Positions 25,095 to 38,586 of a DNA stretch of 64,000 nucleotides are shown here, one piece after another. Source of the DNA: the human T2T-CHM13v2.0 reference genome, Homo sapiens; NCBI RefSeq assembly GCF_009914755.1, contig NC_060937.1; one strand, written 5' to 3'. The position numbers were made by a program, and so were the translations under genes. Within the stretch, counting starts at the first letter, position 1, and the number at the start of each line of letters is the position of its first letter. The notes beneath the pieces are model-generated. The model was not told the DNA's origin. It saw only the letters and a list, made by a program, of their open reading frames with translations, and ran no database searches.

Positions 25095-28000
25095 TACTTA
25101 TTAACACAACATATCAAAGTACTAATAGTGACCTTAGGGCTGAGCCCTGATTTCATCTGCCTGTTTCCTCAATGGACCAGTTTTAACATCTGCAACCAAT
25201 ATATACTTCAGTCATTAAAGGAACAATACACCTAGTATATATCAGTGGTAGATGACCTGGGCTGATGGGGATAAGAGGGAAAATGGCCATTTACACAAAC
25301 AGGTCATTTCCCTGCTGCATTTCTTCAAGTCAAAGCTGTACTCTTCTGTGTACCCTTCTACACATTTTCACATTACATTCATGGTTACATTCATCAAGCT
25401 GCATAAAGATTATTGCAGTGGATGCCAACAGTGTTAGTTACCATAGTTTCTTGGATTGTTACACTGTGCCCAAATTTGGAGTTCTGATAAGTCAGAGGAT
25501 CTTGCAGCATTGTCAAAGACAACCCAAAGGAATGTAGTTTCAGAACAAAAGCCAGGTTCTTTCTGACAATGACATGAAAATTACTGAATCTGTCATGTGT
25601 TTTTAGTTGAAGTGAGAGGCTCATTTGAAACCAGCCTAGGTGCTGTTGGATAAAGTCAAAGTATTGCTACTCTAATAGCAAAATTACTCAGTACACAGAA
25701 GAAAAACTATTACTTTATTTCCTTATTTAAAAGGACAAACAGGAGTGATGAATAGAGTTAGAAGATATTAATATTCCATTCGCCTGACTTCCATATAGAA
25801 ACCCCAAGCATTTCCAGGGTGAAATTTTTATTATTGTCTGGAGATTTCCTGCTTATTTTGATTCATTAGATCCTTAAAAGGAATGGAAAGCTTTGACTCC
25901 AGAATAAAAGACATTTATTTCCTTTGGAGTCTTATTCTTTTAAGTACTTCTTAAAACATAACCATCACCATCACCAGAATTTTTTAAACATGAGAATAAG
26001 ACAGACAGAACTTTTCTTTGGTAGTGTTAACACAAAAGGTGTCTGATCTTCATACAAGCAATCTTTGCTCACATACATCAAAATGGAATGACACAAGGAA
26101 AGAACCATTTTGCAAAAGGAAACAAGACAAGCTGCCGTCAGCTAGATACGTTTCGATTGTTCAGGAAAGTCTGTACAGGAACTTTGATTGGCATCCTGCT
26201 TGTCTACCTTCTTTCCTACTTTAAAGTGGTAGCTCTGATCATTGTTGTCAGTGTTTTCTGACCCCTCAGATCTGGTCTTTGCCTATCATGTCTGATGTAG
26301 GCACTTGGTTCGATTACCTTGATTTGCAGGTGAATTGGTCCTCAATCCAAAAAAAAAAAAAAAAAGCCTAGCTGCCCATAGGACCTCTTCTGACTCATCA
26401 CTCATGCACACCAAGCTGGAGAGGCCCAGAGAAGCAAAGCCTCAGAATGTTGGTGAGGCCAGTCAGATGGATTTCCAAGTGGCTGATACATAGTGAGGGC
26501 TCAATTACCTGTCTTGGTGCTTAAGGAGGATCTTAGGATACACTAGGCTTGGTGACCTGTGAGATCTGTTCTAAGCCTGAAGATCTTTCAATGTAGGTAA
26601 ACATATGCAGCAGTCAAAATCACCAAAAACTGAGCATCTGTATATGAAAATGCTACATTATAACATGATTATTCATCCACATGGATTTTTAAAATACATT
26701 CTACACATACCTGCTTCACAATGCGAGATGAACAACATGTTAATATGCACACCCCGCCCTCCAAGACCTCAGTGTTTACTTTAAAAGGAGAGATCTGCCT
26801 CTAATAAAGAAAACTCCCACCACAGAGTGGTAGAAAGAGATACACGTCACTGTCCTGCTCACTCTAGAGATCTCAGTTTTTTTACATTCCTAGATTATTC
26901 TAAATTCTATGGAAATTAAGTTTCATCACACTAAGACAGGAAGAAGAAGAATATTAACCTTCCAGGTGACAATCCTAAAGGGAAATATTTATTATTTTTC
27001 ATTGTACTTGGAGATTTCATTAAATGATTCTTTGTTAAGTCAAAATTTTGTTCATGAATATCAGCCTTTAGAGACATAATCGCTCATCTAGTTAACATGT
27101 CAGAAAAGATCAACCCATTAGTGGATTCATTCTGTAAATACTTAGGACTGCAAATGGGAAGGGGAAAAATTGAGTCCAGAAAGTTAAGGCCAAAATGATT
27201 TTGAGTTTAACGATCCAGTTCATGTTCTCAATGTGCTCTATGAGAATAGGCTTTGTAACCTTCTTTAGCTGATGCAGATTAATTGAAGCTCAAAAAACAA
27301 AACAAAAGAAAACCCTGCACTACTTAACAATGCAAAGCTGTGCAAGGATGGAAGATTCGAAACAAAAATGGCATTATGGAAGTTACATGATGTCAAAGTT
27401 ACATGCAAGGAAAGAATATCCAGTACACAGATGTTTTGTCAGCTCATTGTTTTTAACGTTCACAATTGTACTTTCACAACATTGATTTCATGTTATTCGA
27501 TGACTCCGATCAAAACTACCTTCCCAAACATTTTCTTCTCCATTGGCCGTTCTAAATCTCTTCTCTGCCTGTAGTCCTTTCTACTTGATTTCTAGTCTCT
27601 TCCCCTCCATAGCTCTCCCCTTATCCCCTATTATCTCCATACTTTTTATCCTGAATTATAAAACAATAATAAACATCCTTTATTTATCCAGGAAAATGTC
27701 ATTAACTGTTTCCCATTTTAAAGGTTTAGTACTGTCTCATGTCAAATGACAAAGTTCTATTTCAGAACTTTAGAATATAATATTTGTATTTATTAGAGAA
27801 ACCTTAGGGACTTACCTATTGTGCTAAGCATAGAAAAGGGTATTTCATTTTTTATTTGCATTGGAGCAATTCCTTTGAATTATTTTATTTGCAAAGAATT
27901 CCATCATAGAATTTTTAGTTTTTTTTTTACAACAATTAACAAAGAATAGGAAAATTTTTCATTGTGGTCTAAATCAATCCATATTTGTTTTTATTTCAGT

Positions 28001-28965
28001 TGTTTAAATGAAACTGTCTTCCCAAAATTATGGTTCAAAGTTAAAGATAGTATTTTACTTCTAATCTTTCAAGCAGTTCTTTGCTATTATTTTTAGCTGT
28101 TTGCTATTTTTAGCTGTTGTATTTGTTCTTTCCAAGAGTTCCACTTTTCATTAATGGGGTTGCTCACTGATTGTAGCTAAAAGTACAAATAGAATTACTA
28201 AATAGAAATTATTTTGATAGCTGGGGACACTACATACCTTTTAAAGGTTATTTTCTTAGTATAATCCGGTAAGTTTTTTGAGATAAATGAAATGAACATT
28301 TCAAATGTAGTAGAAAACAGAATGGATGATAAGTTGGTTGTTAGAAACAAGATGATGGAATACAAGTGGGGAATTCTGGAAACTCACTATTTAAATTCAA
28401 GGCACTAAATTTGGAACTTTAGTCCACATTACAAGACTCGCACTAGCAGAGTGAAGACAAGAATTGAGACAATTATCCACATGATTCAGACAAAAAATAA
28501 AGATCCAAACCCAACAGTTTCGCCTAAATAATCTTGTGTTTGAATATTTTTTTGCCTGAATTTTTTGTCTCAGTTCGCCACTTCATTTTGTTAGGCCAGC
28601 TATGAATTTTAAATTATTTTTATGAAAAATTTCAACTTGGGTCATATCCTTACTCGATGGACTCATTATTTCATATTTGAAAACTAACTTATCAGAAGTT
28701 CTTCGATCCTATGGCCCTTACAAATTTTGCATTTTTTTTTCTGAAGCAATATAAAAAATGCTTATGGTGTGTATGCAAGCTGCTGTTTTAATTAACTTTC
28801 CTGAATTTCAAACATCTATATTTTACTCTCTTATATGCTTTTAACTAAGGTATAGTAGATGCATTTTTGCTTCAATACTAATTTAAGGTGTAATATTCAT
28901 TTCTTTAGAGAACATTTTTGTTGTTGTGCATGCCTAGTGTTTTGTACGTTGTATATTGCATTCAG

Positions 28966-29104
28966 AATATTTTTTTCCTTCTCACCTATCCACAATGCAA
29001 TGCCGTTCCCATGATGCACCTCTGCTTGCTGTTTACCTGTATGTTAATTCGCTTGAATCCCATTGGCCCACTGCCATCATGTGCTCGCTGCCTGTTATTA
29101 AAAG
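28966..29104 (+). promoter_or_regulatory. AG-exclusion zone with YGCY cluster before the 54-nt exon (candidate MBNL response element)
   Basis: No AG from 28966 to 29102; 8 YGCY motifs; purine-rich acceptor gttattaaaag; pyrimidine tract displaced to about 28970-28990. Confidence 0.75.
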
Positions 29105-29158
29105 ACTCAGTCGACTGCCAAAGCAATGAAGCGACCTCTCGAAGCAACTGTAGACCTG
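29105..29158 (+). CDS. MBNL2: MBNL2 alternative 54-nt exon (contributes the KRP nuclear-localisation element)
   Basis: aaag|ACT...CTG|gtactt; encodes TQSTAKAMKRPLEATVDL, homologous to the 54-nt exon of MBNL1; frame-preserving. Confidence 0.93.
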
Positions 29159-29790
29159 GTACTTTGACCTTTCACCTTTCGCTTTGCATGTAGCTTTTCA
29201 GAGAACCATCTGAGATTTGTATTACTTGTAAAATACTGGTTGCAAACAATCATTATTATTAATTTATGGAAAAAATCCAATAAGGTGTTTAGCCATCTCA
29301 TTCTCATATGTAATCTGTGAAATAAATTAATCCTAACAAATTTTAATACCTTTTCCAAAAGAGTGAAGCAAATTTAAATTATTTGACTCAGAAAATGTTC
29401 ATTATAATTCGTATTAACCTTTAAATTCAAGAAATTGCCATTTAGTTAAAGAAAAGAATAGGTATTAATAATAACACCAATGCTTCGTCCCCCCTTAGAA
29501 TAGTTTAACTCATTTTAAAAGCTGAAGCCATTTTTTTTGTTGTTGTTGCTTGATAGTTTTTCTTTTCCTTAGTTGAGATGCTACCGTTTTGGGTTACAGA
29601 AATCATGCTTTCGCTCTCAATAACAAATTCTCACTCATTCGACATTGCCGCTGTTTAAATTAAGGTGCATGGCAGAGGCATCTCCTTAGCTGTCATTTTT
29701 AAAAAGAATGTTGCAATTGATGATCTCTGTGAACATGGAAGGTGTGTTTGCTTTAAGTTAGACATATCTTATCGAATTCTTCATTTCTAG

Positions 29791-29944
29791 GCCTTTCCCC
29801 CTGGTGCTCTTCATCCTTTACCAAAGAGACAAGCACTTGAAAAAAGCAATGGTACCAGCGCGGTCTTTAACCCCAGCGTCTTGCACTACCAGCAGGCTCT
29901 CACCAGCGCACAGTTGCAGCAACACGCCGCGTTCATTCCAACAG
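29791..29944 (+). CDS. MBNL2: MBNL2 coding exon, 154 nt
   Basis: ttcttcatttctag|GCC...ACAG|gtatgt, phase 0/1; encodes [51 protein letters not shown]. Confidence 0.96.
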
Positions 29945-31950
29945 GTATGTGCCCTTACTGCCCTACGTCCTGTGCCCTTCTGGTCATGTGCTTTCTTCTC
30001 ATTTCTCTAAGCTGTTTGGTGGCATCTAGTTTGCTTTTGAAGGTATAATACAGTTTGAAATTCATCGTTGTCCTAGCTATCTAAATGTATTTACCTTACT
30101 TTGAATGATAGCTAAAGACTGTTAGGATTCTAAAGCCAAATATTTGATAGATTGAAGAGACAGATTTAACCCATGAGAAACAGCAGTTAGGGCTTTTGGT
30201 TTCTTGTATTTGCACAAGCCCTGTAAAATTGTTTATGTAAATAAGACCTTTTATGTGTGACAATTGAAATTTGTCCTTAACTCTGAATGACCTAAAAATA
30301 GCAATTCCAGTAAATACTAACCATTTTTTTCTATTTCTATTCAGAGCACTAAAACAATGAGGCTATTCAAATTAAAGCAATTCTCTACTCATATTTTTAT
30401 ATTCATTCTATCTCTTTCTCCATCCTTCTCAACTTTCACCAAGTTCACAAGTATATAGAGCTCTTATCCTCAGTGTCTAAGCCAATGCCTGATACTATTA
30501 CGTACGATGTGCATTAACTATGATTCCACTAAAAGATCCATTGTAATAGTCATAGAATCTTAGAGTTTAAAGGACTCTTAGTGATCTCCTCATCCAGCTG
30601 ATTGTTTTACAGATGAGAAAACTGAGGCCCCCTAAATGAGAAGTGACTTTCCAAGGTGCCACAACTAATGAGAAAAAGAACTGAGTTTCCCTGTGACCAA
30701 ACCCATTTACATCACATTCTACCACCTGGGCCCGCCTATATATACACATTCCACAGAGTTCTCCTGAAAAAAGAAAAAAGCAGATAAAAGTGAATTTTTA
30801 AATAACTGACCCCAAAAAGTCAGATAAAAGTAAAAAAACAAAAGTATAAATCATGTCATCCCTCCCCCATTTGCACCGACATCTCTAACCACAGACACAC
30901 ACACGCACACCATACGCAAAGATAGTCACCATAATTGACCATGTTTTTCACCTTTTAGTCAATGTTAGAAGCAAGGGGTAACTTAAGTCCTGGTGGGAAG
31001 ACCATCCATTGAGTTCTTTGAAAGTCAACATTTTTCAGCCCACGATAGTGAAATGAAAGTAAATATAAATGAATAACAATTCTAACAAAAAGAGTTTTTT
31101 GATTCAAATCCATTAGTTTGAACTTTTCGAGCTTATTATCCATTTCCTTAAATCCCATAGCTTATCAGAGTTAACATCAGAGGGAGGTAAAATATTTCTG
31201 TGATATTCTTTGTATAAAATCTACACTTTGAAATGGATTAGTAACCTGTGAACAATACATATTTTAGTTAACATATAAATTATGTGAGCAAAGTGGTTTT
31301 CAGTGTTTTTTTCTTATTTTAGTTTTGAACCTGTCTTAAACTCACAGACTTGTAGAAGAAATCTCTAATTCAGTATTTATTAGGAGTTCACTTTTGCCCT
31401 ATTACAGCCTTAATTAGTGACATCCCAGTGCTGTTACAGCATAGCAGTGTCTTAATATGTAATCTAATTGAAATAACACATTTGTAAAATAATTACTAGA
31501 AGGTAAACTTACGTTAATGTCCTGTGTGGTTTCTACAAAGTGTGTCATTGTAGACCTCTTGGCCACTAGATATTTTAAGATAAAAAAAAAAAAATTAAGG
31601 AAGAATATACTGAGGGGAAAAACGTAAAAGGAGAAGCCTGTTTCTGAAGAATGGATGTTACTGCCATTACCATGTCCTGGGAATACCTATGAAGCTCTGG
31701 TGCTAAGCCTGCCAAAAGAATCTGAAGCCCTCCAGCACATGTTTAACTCTCAAACCCAACAATGACTGATTTGTTAAATCACTGAAAGAATCATCACTTT
31801 AAAATGTTTCACCTTTTAAACATTTTAAAGCAAGGATAAACATTTCCAAAGCAAGGATAAACAACATCCCTTACGCAACGACCTGATTTTTGTTGATGAA
31901 ATGTATCTCATGAAGGACCCATACGGCTACATTGGCTGCTGTGGTTGTGT

Positions 31951-31971
31951 ACTTCCGCCCTCTGGTGGATT
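31951..31971 (-). promoter_or_regulatory. Candidate CTCF site with overlapping ETS core
   Basis: Minus strand reads atCCACCAGAGGGCGgaagt, close to the CTCF core CCASYAGRKGGCR. Confidence 0.55.
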
Positions 31972-33921
31972 CTTTAAGAACAGCTTAAGTGTGTCTGGCA
32001 ACCCTCAATACAGTGGGCTTTGGAAGCCAAAAAGTGGGTCCTAGCGCACCAATACAGTGACTAGAAGGGTTTCCATTTCTTACATGACATGAATATCAGA
32101 GTGAACAAGCATGTGGATCTAGTGTTCTGAAATGGTATTTCAACTGCTAAGAATTTTCACATTTCTCTTAAATGAGGAAAGAGAAAATAATTTTATTAAA
32201 AGGAAATTAAAATAATCTTTCTCCCGCTTAAACCCATACCAGGAATTTTATTGTTCATTTTAGCTTAAGTTTTTGCTTCTGATTTTCTTTCTTATAAACC
32301 CATTTTCAACTTTATTTCTAAAATGATAATGGTAATAATCAATCATTGTTCATCATTGTTGGTTTGAAACCTCTGCAAATCAAGTGAAGATGTTCAAAAA
32401 TAATTATTATAACTTGGTACATAGAGGACCCATTACTTTTAAATGAACAGATTTTGATTTTTCTATAAATGTTTTACGTAAACATAAATATGAAACAAAA
32501 ATAGCATTTTTGTTTTAACCATTCATAGTTAAAGCTTTTGATATGATACTAAAATTCTCCCATTGACACAATGTGAATTTGGATTTTAGGAATTCTGCCT
32601 CCAGGTTGCAAAGATATTAATATAAAATTTTATGCAAAATATGAGAGTCTTCTCCCAAACTATGCTAAGATAATTATTGCCCTGCTTGATGGCCTAGCAC
32701 ATTTGCCATGGGTGGGAGTTTTCTTTTTTTTTCTTTTTTCATTGGGATTATTTTAACCAAGTAGTTAGACTTTTTCTTTTCTATGTTAGGAAAGTGGCAA
32801 AACCACACACACTTACAAAAATAGCAGCATAATAATTCTTGGCATTTCTCTGACAGGTTTATTCTAAGTTACTGTAAGTGTTCTTATAGACATTATCTCA
32901 TTATTCTTCAAGATGTTGCAGTTCTGTTAGTGGCAGGCACGGTTATTTGCATTTTGCAGATGGAAAAACTGAGGCTGTGTCTACACCGCAAAGTGGAACT
33001 ACCCAGATAATTCTGGCTCACAGATACGACAGCTGAAATATTTGTGCAACTGAAGCAGAAAACATTTGAGAAGTCTTTGTTCATAGAATTGGTGCCTAGT
33101 GAAGTGCTTCAGCTGATCAGAACAAAGGCAACCCACAGAAGCCTTCCTTGATTTATTTCATTATACTGGAAGTACAGAATAAGTAGAACAGGGGACAGTG
33201 CCCAGATACAGCCTAATTATGAGAAACGTGTAAATGTTACATCAGATTATCACATGACTTGGTGAAAGATTGATCAGTGTTTAGTGGCATCTGTATCTGC
33301 ATAAGCACAACAAAATTTATTCCATTCAATTCATTAAAACATACCTTGAACCCGTGGTATGTTCTGGGTTCCAGAGCCAGTAATGAGAATACAAAAGAGT
33401 TCATAAAGAGGTGAAAACCAAATATTATACAGAGGATGAAGGAGTACCTGAGGGTCTGGGCAAAGCTATTCGAGAGTGAAGGAGAGGAGACAATGAATTC
33501 TGCCTTCAGCATGTGCACCAGGTGGTGGTTACGAAGGATATGGAGAAACAAGACTTTCTGAAGTAGGAGAAATTTGCCTAGGAGTTTGAAGAGAAGCAAG
33601 ATTTTATCAGTGGGGGAAAAGCATCCCAGTTGGGACATGGGAAGAGTGTACTTGAAGAATAGAAAATTGTCCATTGTAGCTATAACATGAAGTACATACA
33701 GGGTATATGCAGAGAGTAGAGGATGGGAGTGTTGTACAAAGGCAGAGATGGGGCTTGCTAAGAAGATCAGGACCAGAATCTGGCATTAAGGGAGCCACAC
33801 ATGCATAAGTTATGCATTTCCAATATCACATCACTATTAGGCCACTTAGAGAGAGAGGCTCATGGAATTAATTTGGTTAAGGATTTCAGCCACATCCAGG
33901 ACTGAAGCCAAAGTAACATGA

Positions 33922-34379
<458 letters not shown>

Positions 34380-34394
34380 ATTTTTTTATGAGTA

Positions 34395-34632
34395 CAAGTT
34401 GAGTGCCCCTTGATCCAAAATGCTTGGGACCAGAAATATTTCAGATTTTGGATTTTTTTTTCAGATTTTGGAATATTTGGATTACATTAACAGTTGAGCA
34501 TCCCATATTTGAAAATCTGAAATCTGAAATGCTCCAAGAAGGATTTTCTTTGAGGGGTATGTCAGCACTCAAAAAGTTTTGGATTTTAGAGCATTTTGGA
34601 TTTGGATTTTCAGACCTGGAATGCTCAACCTG
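34395..34632. mobile_element. Tigger4/MER46-like MITE
   Basis: Imperfect TIRs caagttgagtgcccc and ggaatgctcaacctg, each flanked by TA; internal ccaaaatgct/gattttcaga repeats. Confidence 0.8.
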
Positions 34633-34689
34633 TACTATGAATGAAAAAGTAGAGTTCAGTGAGATTAAAAATAGAAACTGACTTGATGG

Positions 34690-35721
34690 CATGGGGAGGT
34701 AGGTAAAATAACAATTGAGCATTTTCTAAAGAAGTGACATATACCCTGAGATCTGGAAGATGAAAAGAGTGGGGTGAAGATTATTCTAGGCCAAGGGGAC
34801 AGCTTGTGGGAAGTTCAAAAATAGGGCAAATGTGTAATGTGTTCAGTTCAAAGAAAAGAAAAATTAATCTGTCTGGAGCATGGTGCCAGGGAGGTGTAAG
34901 ATGGCCTGGGGAGGTAGTCAGAGACTAGACCACACGGGACCTTTATCCTAAAAGCAATGAGAAACCACTGAATGGTTTCCAGCAGAGGAGTGGCCAGGCC
35001 TGCATTTGGAAAGATCTACTCTGCCAGAAGCTGGAGAATGAACTAAGGAGGGACGAGAATGGAAGCAGGAAGACCACTTAGGATGTTATCACATAGCCAG
35101 CCTAGAGATAATAGTGACCAGGACTTCAGATGTGGCAGTAGTGATGGATGAACAGATGAATGCAAGCTGCATGCTAGAAGCAGGATTGCTTTGGCTGATT
35201 GGTCAGCTGGACCCAGGAAGTTCACAAGGGGAAGGGGTGTGAGGCATAACTTTCAGTTCGGTCTAGAGTTCTAGTTAGATGGTGATGCCCATCAGGCATC
35301 TTCTGAGGTGTAGAAAGTTTCTCCCATCCAAGTACTAACCAGGCCCAACCCTGCTTAGCTTCCGAGATCAGACAAGATCTGGCGCCTTCAGGGTAGTATG
35401 GCCATAGACCGAGGTGTAGAAAGTTTCTGTGAGAAAGATCAAAGTTTGTCCCTGTTACATTTGAGACACTTATGAGACATCCAAGCAGAGAGGTGAGGAG
35501 GGCAGTTAGAGGAAAGGACCTGGAACTCTGAGAAGAGATCTGCGTGGGATACACAAACATGGAAGCTCCTGGAATCCAAACCCATGAAGTGAATGATACA
35601 CCACAGGAAATGTAGCGTAGATGAAAAGGACCCAAGACTGAGTCCTGAGGAACTCCAGCATAGAGAGGGTGAGGGAAGGAAGATCGTTCAGCAAAGTAGA
35701 CAAAGGGAGTTGCCAGAAAGA

Positions 35722-35773
<52 letters not shown>

Positions 35774-36050
35774 TCAAAAATCTAAGGGAAGAAAGTGGCT
35801 TCCGATGGAGGGAAGGGCGGAGTGCTGAATGCTGCTGAGAATTAGGAACAGTGAGATGAGGACAGGAGAGTTCCTGCTGGCTGCAGCAATATGGGATTTT
35901 TCTGTGGATTGGCATTCACAATTTAAGTGCAAAGGTCAAATGAAAGCCAAATTGAAGAGGAATGAAGACTCAGTAGGGATAGGGAAGTAAACATTTATGT
36001 GTAGGTAGATTTCCAGAAGTTTGATTGTGAAGATGAGAGAATAGGGCTGG
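34690..36050 (-). mobile_element. Degraded L2 relic hosting the 5S retrocopy and a (TG)n at 35727-35772
   Basis: ctttatcctaaaagcaatgagaaaccactgaa..., tttgagacacttatgagacatccaagcagag, ggacccaagactgagtcctgaggaactccagca resemble minus-strand L2. Confidence 0.65.
35320..35409 (-). pseudogene. 5S rRNA retropseudogene, nt 1-90, 3'-truncated, no poly-A, with TSD
   Basis: Minus strand GTCTATGGCCATACTACCCTGAAGGCGCCAGATCTTGTCTGATCTCGGAAGCTAAGCAGGGTTGGGCCTGGTTAGTACTTGGATGGGAGA; direct repeat gaggtgtagaaagtttct at 35305-35322 and 35411-35428. Confidence 0.95.
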
Positions 36051-37443
36051 AGAAAGGTTTAAGTTGGATGTATTGGCACACATTTGTTGAAGAATCTGGC
36101 AGTAGCCCAGTTAAATAGCCCCCTCCTGACTAGGTCATGTTAGCTTGATCGAAATGTAGTTCAGGCAAAAAGTCGCCCTCCAGCGTGAACAGCTCCACAG
36201 AGAGAATAAAGACCTACACATCTCAAATTCTCCAACTAATATCTCAGAAGTCAGTTCTGAAACTCTAAGAGGGCACTCCTACATTTACGAGAAACTACTT
36301 CTCAGGCACCTACATGACACCCAGTCTTCAGTGATCTAAATCCATGTATTACCTTGTTTTTCATGGAACTGAACCAGTAGCAGATAATTCCTCAAAGCTT
36401 TCAATACAGCTTTCTTTCAGTTCTCCACAACATGCCTGAATATAATATTCATGGTCAGAGTCATGATGCGTGTATGTTATTATGACCACCACAAGTAAGA
36501 CAGCTATTTCTAAGAAAGGGTTGAAATTGCCCCTCCCACCTCCTACCTCCCCACTCAGATGCCAACTTGAGATTTCCTAGGAGTTTTGCCAGAAATCCCC
36601 CTCAGGGATCACTTTGTAGTAGTCATGACCAAATTCCTTAGCCCTGGTCCTAACTCAGCCCCAACTCTGCACTATTTTGCTCTACAGTGTTTAAGCTTTA
36701 TTGCCAGGCACTACTCCTTTATCATAATGAATCTTACAACAGAGAGAAGACCACGTACTCATACAGGTCATTCCCTGTAAGAACCTCAGTCTTCTTAGGT
36801 TATTGGGCTTTCAAGCAGCAATCTAAAATTCACCCATCCTGCCCTGCAAGCTTCTGATTTGGAGAATATCTTAAATCTTAAACACTGTTATTTTCATACC
36901 GTTGGTGACACAAAACATTTACAGTCAAACAAACAAGTAAACGTTTAATGCAGTAAGTTCAGTGTATTCTAGTGAATATAAAAGTTGACCTGGATTTACG
37001 AAGAGAATTCTATTTCTAGCCTTCCCCTTGACCCACACCATGCATGGCCTTGGAGGAGTTACTATGCCTCAGATTTTTCATCTGTAAAATACCTACTTCC
37101 TACCTTGGAGGATTAACTTGATAATGTCTGTAAAATACTTTGAGGTCTTAGAGGAAGGACACCACGGCATTATCACATGTCATTCTTATTAGAATCATGT
37201 CGATGCATATGAATAGAAAGTGTGAACAGTGGTCTAAGGAGTGAGCTTGGAATAATACTGGCTTAAAATAAGTCAGATATATTTGTGTCTGTACTGACAA
37301 TGTGAATGGCCCTAAAAGACTGTGTTAACTAACCCTACTTATTTCTGGTTGTGCTTCAATCTCACTTTGAATGTTAACTCTAAACCGCTAACCTGTTTCT
37401 TTCCCTTTATTCACTTTTTCCACCCACCATTGCATGACATCAG

Positions 37444-37479
37444 GGTCAGTTTTGTGCATGACACCCGCTACCAGTATTG
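37444..37479 (+). CDS. MBNL2: MBNL2 alternative 36-nt exon
   Basis: gacatcag|GG...ATTG|gtaggt, phase 1/1; encodes GSVLCMTPATSI, homologous to the MBNL1 36-nt exon; branch-like gctaac at 37387-37392 followed by a pyrimidine tract. Confidence 0.93.
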
Positions 37480-38586
37480 GTAGGTTTCAACCTTTTTTAT
37501 TTGTCTTTTATATGATGTACAATACCTTCACTTGCTTGAAATTTATTTCAGAGATGGTAGAAATGCTATAGGAAATAGTAGATTTGAAGGCTTATTTGGC
37601 TTTAGAGTTAACATATAGGTTTTTAAAAATGTACTTGTATATTTAAGAAAATGACGGTTTTAATGTGACCTCTTGTGCTAGAACAATCACTACAAAAACA
37701 TAAAGCCACAAGTACGAGTCTGCTTTTTAATGATTTGTGTTTTGTTTCTCTTTATAGTTTATATGGTATAGCGTAAGGAACAGAGCTTACTCTATCAGCG
37801 AGGCAGGCTAATTTCATCAATGTTTGAAAGTTTCATAGTGGTGTGCCTTTATCTCCTCTTTGCTGTGTGTTAGAGCGATCAGAGTTTCCCAGAAGTATTC
37901 ATTTTTTACAAATTATAAATGGATGTATTTTGAAACCGCATGTCTGAGCTTCCTAACTTAATTATCTTTTCTAATTTTAAGTGCTGATTTATTTGGGATG
38001 ATTTTTCTGCACCTCAGCATTCCCTTAGCCGTTCAATTTTAATAGCAGATAGTTGTCCTCACACACATGAATGCCTTGGTACAAACGTCTGTCTTTAGGA
38101 CATATGGATTAGATCTATTTAGAGTCAAGAAAAAGAAACATTGCAAATTTTGCCTGGCTATTTCAGAGTAACTGTATTAGAATTTGCATCAAGGCTATGA
38201 TGTTTGCTCCATCATTTATTGATTCAAATAAACCACAACCCACAGCAGTTGCATTTCATATAAGCAGTCCTAAATTGAAAAAAAAAATTCAATTTAACCA
38301 TAATTCCAAAGAACATCCTATCCCAAATTAGGTCTCCATATGGAGACTTGGATGTCTCAGAGTTTATGATTAAAAGTGATGATCACATATTCTTACTTCA
38401 CTGGACATCACCTTTCACAATTTTAGAAACAACCATTATTGCATACACTGTATACACTGAATTGGGAATGGATCTATTGTTAGAAATAAAATGTTTATAA
38501 ATACATCAACCAAAGTAATCTGCTTTGGCCTTTCTGGGAATCACTGATTATGTTTTAAAACTTCCTTTAATTGTACTTGTAATAAG

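Noticed and set aside
35320-35409. Functional 5S rRNA gene
   Set aside because: Lacks the last ~30 nt and the terminator, has substitutions, and is flanked by a TSD.
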